Positions 17,670 to 28,800 of a stretch of 64,000 nucleotides of DNA are shown here, in pieces. The notes beneath the pieces were generated by a model, which saw only the letters and a list, made by a program, of their open reading frames with translations, ran no database searches and was not told the origin of the DNA. How positions within the stretch are numbered: the first letter of the stretch is position 1; every line of letters starts with the position of its first letter. This DNA comes from Sphaerodactylus townsendi. Its lineage: Eukaryota. Both the position numbers and the translations under genes were made by a program. The stretch spans positions 40,052,001 through 40,116,000 of the forward strand of contig NC_059439.1 of NCBI RefSeq assembly GCF_021028975.2, written 5' to 3'.

Positions 17670-17778
17670 CATGGACTACAATTCCCATCAGCCCCTGCCA
17701 ATTGGTCATGCTGGCAGGGGCTGATGGGAATTGTAGTCCATAACATCTGGAGTGCCAAAGGTTCGCCACCATGGCTCT
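17670..17778. mobile_element. Short palindromic hAT-type MITE in the GP1BA intron (copy 2: 40070-40178); another partial copy at ~10092-10172
   Basis: Hairpin atggactacaattcccatcagcccctgcca...tggcaggggctgatgggaattgtagtccat, the same family as 49300-49451. Confidence 0.75.
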
Positions 17779-17917
17779 AATCTATGGGGGTGGGCCACCA
17801 CCATGGCAACGCAATAGGGGGCCTGCTCCCCACCCGCCTCCTCGGCCAGCAGCGGCCTCTGCCCCGGTTCTTCTCCCAGAGCTGACGTGTCTCTTCCCTC
17901 TCCCGCAGAGGTGCCGC

Positions 17918-19804
17918 ATGGCCCTTCCCCTGGCCCTCCTGGCCCTCTCGGCCCTGGCCGGAGCCCTCAGCCAGCCGGACCTCTGCGAATACGAGACCAA
18001 CAAGATCAAGGACCTGCTTCAGGCCAGCTGCGCCGGGAAGGGGCTGGCGCTGGTGCCCTCGGGGCTGGACAACGGCACGGGCATCTTGCTGCTGGGCTCC
18101 AACCGCCTGGCTCGGGTCTCCACGGCCTCCTTCCGGCACCTGCGCAACCTGACGGACCTGGACCTGTCGCACAATGGGATGGGGGAGCTGGAGGCCGCCT
18201 CCCCTCTGCCCGGCCTCCAGGAGTTGGACCTCTCCCACAACGCCCTGAAGCGCCTGCCCGCCCTGCAGGGGTTCCCCAACCTGCGTCGCCTGTCTCTGGG
18301 CCACAACGCCCTCTCCTGGCTCCCCACGGGGGGCTTCCGTGCCCTCGGGGGCCTGACGGACCTGGAACTACAGGGGAACCGGCTGCAAAGCCTGCCGGAG
18401 GGAGCCTTCTCGGGCCTGGCTGCGCTGAAGGACCTGGACTTGTCCGAGAACCTTCTGACGGCGCTGCCACCGGAGCTGCTGGTGGCGCTAGGGGCGCTGC
18501 ACACGCTGCGCCTGGAGAGGAACCGGCTGCAGGCTGTGCCAGAGGGCTTCTTCCCCGAGGGGCAGCTTTTTGCCTACGTCTACCTGGCCGGGAACCCCTG
18601 GCTCTGCGACTGCGCACTGGAGTACCTGCGTGACTGGATTGTCGAGAATGAATTCAGTGTGTACACCCGGGTGCAAGGGCCGGAGAAAGAGATCACGGAG
18701 AACGAACCCGAAAGCGTCACGTGCCAAGAACCCCCGGAAGTGCTGGGGCAGCCCGTCATGACCTTCCACCTCGACTGTGTGCTGGAGGGGCCCAGGGGGG
18801 GCTTAGGGGATGAGAAGCCGTCTGGGCTCCAGGGATCCACCTCGGGCCCCAGCACTTCCCCTGATGTGCCCTCCGCCCCACTTTTCCCTACGACCTCCAC
18901 AGCCTCCCCCACAAGGCCGGAGCCTCTGGCCTCTGCACATCCAACCCGCTCACTGACCACAAGGAAAGCCACCCCCCTGACACGCTCCCCAACCACGGCC
19001 ACCCCAAACACTTCGCCCACCACCCTGGGCAGTCTGCCCTCAACGGTCCCCACAACTGTCCCCATGGCAGCCGCTGCCACCAGCCCGTCACCCACCACCC
19101 TGGGCAGTCTGCCCTCAACCGTCCCCACGGCAACCGCTGCCACCAGCCCGTCACCCACCACCCTGGGCAGTCTGCCCTCAACTGTCCCCATAGCAGCTGC
19201 TGCCACCAGCCCGTCACCCACCACCCTGGGCAGCCTGTCCCCCACAAGACGCCCAGGCTCCACTGCCCATCTTCCACCGCCTCCTGCTCCGGACCACCCT
19301 GCCTACTGCCAGTGCCCCATGCTGCCCGGCAGGGCCTTAGGGCTGACCAGGCCGCAGCCACTGCCAGTGTCCTGGGGAGCCTGGTTGGCAGCTACTTGCT
19401 GCCCTCTGCGCCTGGTGCTGTACGTGGCTTGCCTGGCGCTGGTGTCCCTGTCAATCCTAGCAGTGCTCTGCTGGTGGGCCTGGATGTGCGTGGGCACCCG
19501 GGGGTGGTCCTCAGAAGGGGCCCAGCCAGCCAGGCACCAACAGCTGCAGCATGCAGCATGCGACACGTGCCATGTGCCACGTGCGGGCTACCAGCCTCTG
19601 CCCAGGGCCCGCCTCTACCGTGTCTGCAAGAAGCTGGAGATCGGGCCCCTCCGCTACGTCACCTGGCTACTGATCAGCTTGCCGGGACCTTCAGGACAGT
19701 GGCCTTGGGAGCGCACGGGCAGACTCCCCTCCTACAGGCTGGACCGAGGGGAGAAGGAGGGCCCCTGGCCTCGGCGGGTGAAGCATGCCTCCTCCACGCT
19801 GTAG
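17918..19804 (+). CDS. GP1BA: Platelet/thrombocyte glycoprotein Ib alpha chain, copy 1 (628 aa, single coding exon)
   Basis: ATG at 17918 lies 9 nt after a polypyrimidine/CAG acceptor (17908), as in the human GP1BA layout. The protein has a signal peptide, 7 LRRs, a GNPWLCDC cap, a Thr/Ser/Pro mucin stalk, a juxtamembrane CC pair, a TM helix and a tail ending HASSTL. Synteny with CHRNE and MINK1. The ORF-track start at 17771 lies in an intronic MITE. Confidence 0.93.
   Translation: MALPLALLALSALAGALSQPDLCEYETNKIKDLLQASCAGKGLALVPSGLDNGTGILLLGSNRLARVSTASFRHLRNLTDLDLSHNGMGELEAASPLPGLQELDLSHNALKRLPALQGFPNLRRLSLGHNALSWLPTGGFRALGGLTDLELQGNRLQSLPEGAFSGLAALKDLDLSENLLTALPPELLVALGALHTLRLERNRLQAVPEGFFPEGQLFAYVYLAGNPWLCDCALEYLRDWIVENEFSVYTRVQGPEKEITENEPESVTCQEPPEVLGQPVMTFHLDCVLEGPRGGLGDEKPSGLQGSTSGPSTSPDVPSAPLFPTTSTASPTRPEPLASAHPTRSLTTRKATPLTRSPTTATPNTSPTTLGSLPSTVPTTVPMAAAATSPSPTTLGSLPSTVPTATAATSPSPTTLGSLPSTVPIAAAATSPSPTTLGSLSPTRRPGSTAHLPPPPAPDHPAYCQCPMLPGRALGLTRPQPLPVSWGAWLAATCCPLRLVLYVACLALVSLSILAVLCWWAWMCVGTRGWSSEGAQPARHQQLQHAACDTCHVPRAGYQPLPRARLYRVCKKLEIGPLRYVTWLLISLPGPSGQWPWERTGRLPSYRLDRGEKEGPWPRRVKHASSTL
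19013..19237 (+). repeat. 63-bp (21-aa) coding tandem repeat in the GP1BA mucin stalk (copy 2: 41413-41637)
   Basis: cagcccgtcacccaccaccctgggcag recurs at 19081, 19144 and 19207 (period 63). The unit is SPSPTTLGSLPSTVPxxxAAT. Confidence 0.9.
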
Positions 19805-20058
19805 GTGGGCTGGGAAACTGAAGGGGTGAGGTGCGGCCTCCCCCTCCCCCCCAAAAAAAACCCTGGTCCCCAAGGGGCTCTCCACTAACGTGGATCTCAT
19901 CAGGAGCAGGCCGTGGGCTCCCATCTCCCCCCCCCACACGTCCCCCCAAGTCTTCATTCATGGTCAAACACAGCCCCCCCTCCCCAGAATAGAGACACCC
20001 CTCCCCCCCGCCCCCACCAAGGCAAAGGAGACAGAAGAGCAAGCAGACATTTGGCTCT

Positions 20059-20064
20059 TTTATT
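20059..20064 (-). promoter_or_regulatory. Candidate MINK1 polyadenylation signal
   Basis: Minus-strand AATAAA about 1.24 kb after the MINK1 stop, followed by a UG/U-rich downstream element. Confidence 0.55.
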
Positions 20065-21301
20065 AACAGAAGAGGCCCCGGCAGCCACCCCCGCGGAGGG
20101 CTGATCGGTGGGGCGGTTTCTGGCGGGGCTGAGAACAGAGGGGTATATACAAACGCAAGCAAAAACACACAAGAAACCCAATCACCCGGGGGGGGGGGGC
20201 TCCTACCTCCTCCGCCGACTGCCCCAGAGTGAGACTCCAAACCCAGCTGGAGCAGGGGAGGGCAAGCAAGCCATGGTGCTGCCTCAGGTGGGGTGGCAGA
20301 GACCCCTGCCAAGGGGTCTCCCCCTGAACCTCCCCCCGCCCCCAGGCAAACCCCACTAACCTCCCTGATTGGGGGAGGTCATTAAAGTGCTTTGTTAGTC
20401 AATTACATAATCACCATTACAAAATAAAGATGAAAGCAAAATATACATAGCTCCTCCCATGTGGGGGGGGGGGAGGGACGAGAGAATTCCTACCCACGGT
20501 GTCTGCCGGTCCACACACGCCATCCTGTGCCTCTTGGGGTGGCCGAGTGCCAGGGCAGTGGTGCCCCCGGAGCATGGCTGAGGAGAGGGCACCCCCGAGG
20601 AACCCCAGTGTGCAAGAGAAAAAGCGACTTGGGAGGGGGGTGTTTGGGGTACATGCCACGGGAGGGTGCAGGGGTGGGTGCCGTGTGCTCACGAAGTCGT
20701 GCTGCTGGCCAGGGAAGGCAGCGGGGCGGGGGGAGGGGAGGGGGGCAGAAGTGGGGGAGAACAGGGAGCTGTGGGCGGCAGGGAGGAGGAGAGCATGTGC
20801 AGAGGGCACGGGAGACGGTGCCTGGGCTCTGGGAAGGCGGAGGAGCGGGTGAGGATTCCTCTGCAACTGGGCTTCTGTGGAGGTTTTGCCTCTAAACACC
20901 AAAGGCTCCCCCACTCCCCAGGCGGCAAAATGCTGCTTCAGCACTGGAGGTGGGGGGGGGGGGCAGGGGGCTATTTGTCACCCACCCCCACCCCATCCCC
21001 TGACGGTGTGTGCGCACGCACGGCATGCATGTGTGGCCGGGGGGGGGGGCACACACTTTTTCCTAAAACTTCCCTCCCCACAAACTCCCAACGTCTCCCC
21101 TTTTTGCCGGAGGTAGGAGGACCAGCCCCTCCCATAAAGGGCAGACCAGGGAAAGGGCTGCCAAGGCCTCGGTGTCAGGGCTATCTATGGTGGCTCAGCA
21201 GGGGCGGGGCGTCGGCCCCTCCTTCCTCTCCCTCTCTGCCTCCTGGCCTCTGCAGCACAGGAGATGGGGGTGGGCTGGGGGGACAGGAGGAGGCCCCTCC
21301 T

Positions 21302-22504
21302 TCACCAGTTCATAATGCAGTTTCTGTTCAGCGTCATGAAGTAGACCTGGCTGCTGCCTCCGGAGCGCACCGAGGCGAAGAAGACCTGTGAGGGAGGCAG
21401 AGAGGGGGGGCTCCTGTTCACAGCAGTCCTGTTGCCTCCATCCCTCACACCCCACCCGGCAAGCCTATGCTCCTGCCCCCTTGCTTACACACACCCCGAG
21501 CCCCCCGCCCTGTGCTAAAAGGGGATTATCTGATTCAGAAGTGAAAGGAAACTCTCTGCACAGAAAGACCCCCACCCCCACAGAGGCTACTGTGCCCCCA
21601 GGCCGCCCCACGCGTGCCAGATGCACTTCTGATCCAAGCAGGGCTCAGCACCCATTGGCACTGCTGGCTGAAAGGGACTCCCCAGAGGTGCCCCCCCCCC
21701 CCACTGCACCCCAGATCCTTCTGCTCTGGAAGGAGCAATCCCTACACAGCCTGCTCTGGGCGGCAGAGTCAAACCTCCAGCCTTTCCTGGGCACCCCCCC
21801 TCCCCGAGACCCAGCTGAACAGGCGGGGCAGGGGGAGGCACTTTTGCCCACCTTGTCGTTCCGCTCACACAAGAACTTCAGGCGCTGGGCCCGTTTGTGC
21901 ATGAAGACCCCGTCCAGGTGGCCCGTCTCCACGGAGCGGATTTCAATGGCTTTCTCCCCCCAACCCATGATTTGATTGGAGCAGATGTAAGCTGGAGGGG
22001 GGGGGGGAAAGCAGCAGAGGTGAGGCTGGAGCCCCGGCCCCTGGCCCCCCTCCCCCCAGGTCCTCCACACCCCCTCAGCTCACCAACAGAGGTGGGCATC
22101 TCCCCCCATTGCAGCACCACGTCCTTGATGATGCGACCGTAGGTGTTGACGTAGACGCCTTCGTCCTCGTAGCAGAGCAGCATTTCCATCCCTTCAGTGT
22201 TGGGCAGGAAGATGATGGCATGGGGGGAGATTTGGGACTGGATCTATGGGGGGGAGAAGATGAGGATTTGACCAGTCCCTGCTTGTCTGTGCCCTCCTGA
22301 CTGACCAAGGGGGGCCCACCCCTGCCCCCAGGTGTGGGCCTAGTCCCCACTCACATGCACTGGGATGTAGATGTCGTAGGTGTTGCCGGAGTCCACATCT
22401 ATGGCATGGAAACCGGCACAGGACCCGTAGATCACTTTGAGCCGCTGGCCCTCCTCCACAGTCAGTTCCACCAGCAGCGGCCGGTGAGGCAGGTCGGCAA
22501 AAGA
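21302..22504 (-). CDS. MINK1: Misshapen-like kinase 1, last four coding exons (CNH domain C-terminus), copy 1
   Basis: Exons 22355-22504 ([28 protein letters not shown]), 22084-22243 ([35 protein letters not shown]), 21852-21991 ([47 protein letters not shown]) and 21302-21385 ([27 protein letters not shown]). All are GT-AG and in frame. Upstream exons are cut off by the gap. Confidence 0.95.
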
Positions 22505-22798
22505 CTGAAACGAAGCACCGTTCTCTGGTTGGTCGAAAATATTTCTATCGCATAGGCCCACCTTTCTCCCCGGCATCTCAGGACCCAGGTGTGGGACAAC
22601 ACAGAGAGTTCCACAGGGTAGCCGGGTTGCTCTGCAGTACAACAGCCGGATATAAGAGTGGCCACGCTTCAGACACCAACAAGATTTTCAGGGTATCCGG
22701 GGGGCTTCGTCTGACCTCGCTTTGTAACACAAAGACAGCTTTAACTCTCGAAAATGTACACCCCCAAAATCTTGCTGGCCTCTAAGGTGCTTGCTCGC

Positions 22799-22862
22799 TC
22801 ATTCATTCATTCATTCATTCATTCATTCATTCATTCATTCATTCATTCATTCATTCATTCAT
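22799..22862. repeat. (TTCA)n microsatellite at contig end (copy 2: 45197-45260)
   Basis: Directly visible; abuts a 100-N gap in both copies. Confidence 0.95.
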
Positions 22863-22962
22863 NNNNNNNNNNNNNNNNNNNNNNNNNNNNNNNNNNNNNN
22901 NNNNNNNNNNNNNNNNNNNNNNNNNNNNNNNNNNNNNNNNNNNNNNNNNNNNNNNNNNNNNN

Positions 22963-23009
22963 AGGAGGAGGAGGAGGAGGAGGAGGAGGAGGAGGAGGAG
23001 GAGGAGGAG
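22963..23009. repeat. (GGA)n microsatellite at the start of the copy-2 contig
   Basis: Directly visible. Confidence 0.95.
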
Positions 23010-23510
23010 AGTGTTCAGGGGACAACTAGCCGAGGTGTCTGAGCAGTTCCTACTCGCAGGAAGACCTGGCTGCACCTTGCAAGTTCCTGCAGGGCTGCCC
23101 CAGATCTGTGTGCAAGACAACCACGGATGAACCTCAGTGGCACGCAGGGAAAAGTGTTCTCTCAGTTTGACAGCAGAGGAGCCAAACGCCTGCAGCGCGT
23201 GGCCCTTTCCCTTGTGGGAGGTTTTCAGGCAGGAGATGGACAGCCTTTGGCTCTGAACTTCCTGCCCTAATTGGGGGGTTCACTATGTAGTGTCTGAGTG
23301 TCCCCCCAACTCTAACACAATGAGTGCCTGTGAAAACACTAGGAACTGTCTCCGCGTTATCCTCCCCACCCACCCACCCACCCAGGTGGCTGGTGACAAT
23401 CCAGGGGGCCCCCCGCCTCCTACAGCTACAACAGGCAACGTGTAGCAGTCTAGCCTGGGCGGGGCCCCCTGCCTGCCGATGCGCCCCCACCCCACCAGCA
23501 CCCTCCTCAC

Positions 23511-25785
23511 GGGTCATCCGGCAGCCGGGTCCCCGCTGCAGCCCGTGCCGCTGCCCCTGGCGCTCGAAGAGGAGCTCGCTCCGGGGCTTCTTCAGGATGT
23601 ACTCCTCTGCCTTCAGCATGATCCCGAAGGAGCTGCGTCGGCGGGCCTGGGGGGCATCCCAGGGGTCTTCGCCTGCCGGTTCCAAGGTGGAGCCCAAGTA
23701 CCGCGGAAGAACCTCCAAGAATACCTGGCAGGAAGGGGAAGGAAGCCTTGAGAGGGGGGGCAGAACCCCGAGGTGCTCCAGGTGGCTCATTGCCTGGGCA
23801 TCTGTCAATCCTGCTGATCTGGCAGCCCCAATTAACAGGACACCATGTGAAACAGACTTCCCTCTGTGACACACCTCTGGAGATGCCAGCCACAGATGCA
23901 GGCGAAACGTTAGGAACAAGATCCACCAGACCACGGCCACACAGCCCCCCGGGAAACCCATCACAACCAATCAACAGGACATTCGCATCCTTACGCCAAC
24001 CAGTAATTCAGGGCCTCGGGAACCTTTCAACGCTTTTGCTTTCTACAGGCACAAAGGAAGAAGCTCAGGGGTGCATCCTCAGGAGAAGGAGAACAGAGAG
24101 GAGCTTGGATTTATACCCCGCTTTTCTCTCCCTTTCAGAAGTCTTAAAGTGGTTCACAAGCTCCTTCCCTTCCTCTCCCCACAACAGGCACCTGGTGAGG
24201 CGGGGGGGGGGGGGCTGAGAGAGTCCTGAGAGCACTGTGACTGGCCCAAGGTCACCCAGCAGGCTTCATGTGGAAGCAGAGGTGGGATCCAGCAGGTTCT
24301 CATCAGTTCCCGAGAGTGGGTGACTAATTATTTGTGTGTGCCGAGAGGGGGTGACTAATTGGGTCTGCTTTTCCTCTAGAAATTTCATTAGAAAGTCCAC
24401 AAATCATGAAGTCCTGTTGTTTCCTTTGTGGCTGGTTAGCGAAGGTAGAAAACGGGATAATTCTCCCTGTTGGGCTGTTTTAAAAACATGTTTTAGAAAT
24501 ATGGTAAAGTTCCTTGTTGAAGGAAAGTCTCCTTCTTTTGATTTCTAGAAACAAAATTAAGTATTTGAAAGTATTAAGTGTTTGACAGGCAGTCAATTAG
24601 AGGAGAAGTAGTTGTTTCTGTTGGCAGCAGACGATAGGACTTGCTAGAATGAGTTTAAATTATGGACAGAAAGATACCAGCTGGAAATTAGGAACTTTTT
24701 TTTACAATAAGAGTTTTTTACAGTAACAGAGAAATTATTAATGCCCTGCCCCCGGAATGCCCGGCCACGCCCCCGTCATGCCCCACCCAGCTCCATTGGC
24801 GCTACGCCACTGTTTGAACCCCACCACCATGGGAACCTGTTACTAAAATTTTTGGATCCCACCACTGTGTGGAAGAGCAGGGAATCAACTACAGTTCACC
24901 AGATCAGAGTCCCTCTTCTCGTAATGACTACACCACGCTGGTGTGTGTGATGACAGCAGGGCCAAAACAGGAACAGCCTGGCTTTACCTCGCTGCACTTT
25001 TCCCAGAGGTTTTTAGGGCAGGCAGGCTCTGGTGCAGAGAGAGAGACTTCAGTGCAGCCGTTCTTTCAGGCAGACACAACTCTGCCCGCTGAGAAAGAAA
25101 GAGTCTGGTGCATCCCCGAAACCTACCGATTTGCCAGCCTTATCCTTTCTGTGCACGGTTCTCACTTGCTGTCGGAATGTGCTGAGTCTGATCGCAGCGC
25201 TGACCTAAAGTCCGTCAGCTACGCCAGTCTGTGCAGCAAAATCCCACCGGTCTGACTCGGGATTGGAATATTCCACAATCGCAATTTATAAATGTATTTT
25301 AATTTTGCCTTTGGATTGGAAGTTCTGAAGATTTTAGAATGTGGGGGTGGAAGGTCAGGCTGCAGGACATTNNNNNNNNNNNNNNNNNNNNNNNNNNNNN
25401 NNNNNNNNNNNNNNNNNNNNNNNNNNNNNNNNNNNNNNNNNNNNNNNNNNNNNNNNNNNNNNNNNNNNNNNNNNNNNNNNNNNNNNNNNNNNNNNNNNNN
25501 NNNNNNNNNNNNNNNNNNNNNNNNNNNNNNNNNNNAGTTGAACGATTGTGGCAAAAAAGAACAACAGTAATCCCACTAGTAGTCGGTGCTCTAGGAGGAA
25601 TCCCAAGAAATCTTGAAAAACATCTGGAAAGCCTAAACTTGGACAGAACATCAATCCACCTGCTGCAGAAAGCAGCACTTCTAGGAACTGCACATATTCT
25701 ACGCAAATACCTCTAACATCCTAGGTCCTTGGGAAGGACTCGATATTCAGAGATGAATTCCAGACACTTGTGCTTTGTTGTTATG

Positions 25786-25866
<81 letters not shown>

Positions 25867-28800
25867 GTATACCGCCCTCCCCCGGAGGGCTCAGGGCGGT
25901 GAACAACAAAACATATAAATAGAGCACAAAATAAAATCAATAAATAAATGATCATGAGATTTTGGTTTTTAAAGCACAATTTGCTGTCCAAATCGAAAGA
26001 CGTCCCCATCTTCAAACAGTTCAATTTAAACGGAGTCTTGACTTGCAAAAGCTCATCCCCCCCCCCCCCCAAGACCGAGGTGGTCTCTCAGGTGCGACTG
26101 GGCCCACCTGCAAATGCAATGTGACCCGCCCATTTCAGACCAATGAGAGGTCAGGTGCCACAGAGACAGAGGGGCTGCCCCCTGCCCCGCCCCTCCTCCG
26201 CACATGTTTGAGCGGCTCCTGACGCGGCGTGGGTGCTGGGGGAAGGCATAGCCGAGACGTTCAGGGCGATCCGCGCCAGTTCGTGACGATGATGGTAGCC
26301 CTGACCATCCACAAAAATCAAATTACCTGCCACGCGGGAGAAGAAAGACCAAGCGGCGGGTTCCAAACGGGACGTTCCCCCATTTTTTCCCCCTACCCCT
26401 GCTCCTAACCACTGGACTCTACCATTACTGCCACTGGCCTGGCACTTGGAGCCTGGGCGCTCTCTCATCCACGGTACCTCCACGGCCAGCACCGGGGGTG
26501 GGGGTGGGGGTCTCGGAGCTCACTTCCTGCCCACACCTTGCCCTCTCCCCCACTGTGGGAAGAGCACTGCTGCTCCCCTCCCCACCTCCTGGATCACAGC
26601 ATGACCAGCCCCCCGCCGCCGCTTTGGTCCCAGAAGCAAGGCAGAAGTCCAGAGGCTCTGTGGGGAGAGAAACAGGGAGCTAGATTCCTCCCCCCCCGCT
26701 TTGCCCTGGGGGACAACAGACTGCCTTGGGACCCCAGCTGCCCAAGGTGGCCCCAGCTGATGGACAGGTCCTGCAGCCAACCAGCCGTGGGGCTGGAGTA
26801 GAATGAGTGGGGCTGAAAGAGCAAACACTAAGCAGACAGGGGGAACTGAGAGGCCAAGGCAGCCCCAGAAACAGCTAGAAATCCAGCAGGTAGAGTACAG
26901 TGTAGTTGCAGCGGCTTTACCAAAAAGACTCACTGCACCCTCTAATGTAAGCCCTGATTTGTGAACTACTCCTGCACCTCTCGAGAATCCCAGCGTCCAG
27001 GACCCTCTGCTTGCTCGGGGCGTCTCAGCTTCTCCCCCTTGCCCATTTCCACCTCCCCCCCCCCCCAGGGACCAGAGGGGTCACAAGGCACTGCTGACTG
27101 AGGCTCTCACTTGCCAATGGGGGGCACGCTGAGCGGCGCGTTCCTGGAACCTTCTGGGCGATCAGGAACAGGAAGACCGTCTGGGCCAGCAGCACAGGGA
27201 TGCTGGCGGTGCACTTCCTGCACCCCAGCTGTGGACACAAACAGGGCTGAGGAAGCCTAGCCCGAAAGACCCAGGGTCCCCCTCCCTCTCCTTCGCCCTG
27301 TCTGCACGTGCTCAGAGGCACCTCCGGGCCTGACAAAGTGCTCAGGATACAAGTTTCTCAAGCCAAAGGGACAAAGGCAGGTTTGGCTGTGGAAAGATCC
27401 TGCCTCAGAAATCTGGTGGTTCTCTGAGGTGTGGTTGGACTCGAATCCAGCTCTTCCACAGCAGACCAACATGGCTGCCCTCTGACACATGCTCCGGGGC
27501 GCCAGTCCTCAGGACCTCTGCCCTACCAGCTGGAATCTGAGAGGGGCTGTGTCTCACATTCTCCCTCAGGGGCTGGTGTCAGTAGGGGGAGTCTGGCCTC
27601 CTGGGTTGGTTTTCAGAGTCTTGCCCAGCCTCAGGTACAGGGCCTGACCGCTCGTCCCAATAGTCCCTCCTGCAGCTGCCAGCCAAACTGGTTCTCTCCT
27701 GTAATGTGACCTGCCCCCATTGGCTTGCACCAGCCCCCCCCCCCGTGCTCAGCTCACCGCAAGCCCCCCCCCACACTGTCTGCCCCTCCCCCCTCCCCCA
27801 GCGGACTTCCGCCTCGGCGGGCAGGAAGTAGACGAGGCACGCCAGGGAGGAGATGAGCACGCAGGGGATGATGATGTTGATGATGTAGAGAAGCGGCCAA
27901 GCTGGATGATGGGGAAGAGGTGCATCTCTGCGTGGCAGGGGGCCCCTCGATCCCAGCGGCCAGCACTTTCTTGGGCCGAGGGCGGTTGCTCTGGATGGCC
28001 CTTTCGCCATTCTCTGTGCGCGGGGGAGGGAGAGAGAGTGGGTGGGGCAGCGTGGAGTGGGTGGGTGGGCGCCCCATGCCTGCAGGCTGGAGTGCAGGAC
28101 ACAAAGCTCAGTCCTCTTAGCCCGTCACATCTGCCACAGTGGTAGATGTAATAACAGAGGCGTAGCGAGGCAAGCACTGTAGCCCTGGGCAAAACCAAGT
28201 TGGATGCCCCCCCCCCCCCATGGGCAGCCACCCCACCACGACCAATTTTTGTTTGCACCAGGACATTGGTGCCTGAAGGGGGTGCATTTTTAGACATATC
28301 AGCACCACAATTTCAGTGCATCATCAGGAGACTGTCCTTATGCTACCCCCAGGTTTGGTGAGGTTTGGTTCAAGGAGCCCAAAGTTATGGACTCCCAAAG
28401 GGGGTGCCCCATCCCCCATTCTTTGCTAAGGAGTTGGGGCTACTCTTTTGAGGGTCCATAACTTTGGACCCCCTGAACCAAGCTGCGCCAAACTTGGGGG
28501 GGGGGGGGTGCCATCATGACAGTCCCCAGATGATACCCTGAAGTTTTGGTGCCGATACATCCAAAAATGCACCCCCTGCAGGAACATCCCAGAAATTTGC
28601 CCAAGAATCTTTGTTCTGCATTGAGTTTTCTGCATTGCTGTCAATGGGGGTTGCAGGCTGGGGGGGGGGGCACATTTCTGAAGGCACAGTCTCAAAACTT
28701 TCAGGGTCTCATCGGGAGACTGCCCTGATGATACCCCCCAGGTTTGGTGTAGTTTGGTTCAGGGGGGCCAAAGTTATGGACCCTCAAAACTGTAGCCCCA

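Noticed and set aside
17771-17917. 49-aa N-terminal extension of GP1BA in the ORF track (677 aa)
   Set aside because: The upstream ATG lies in an intronic MITE end. A strong splice acceptor at 17908 precedes the signal-peptide ATG at 17918.
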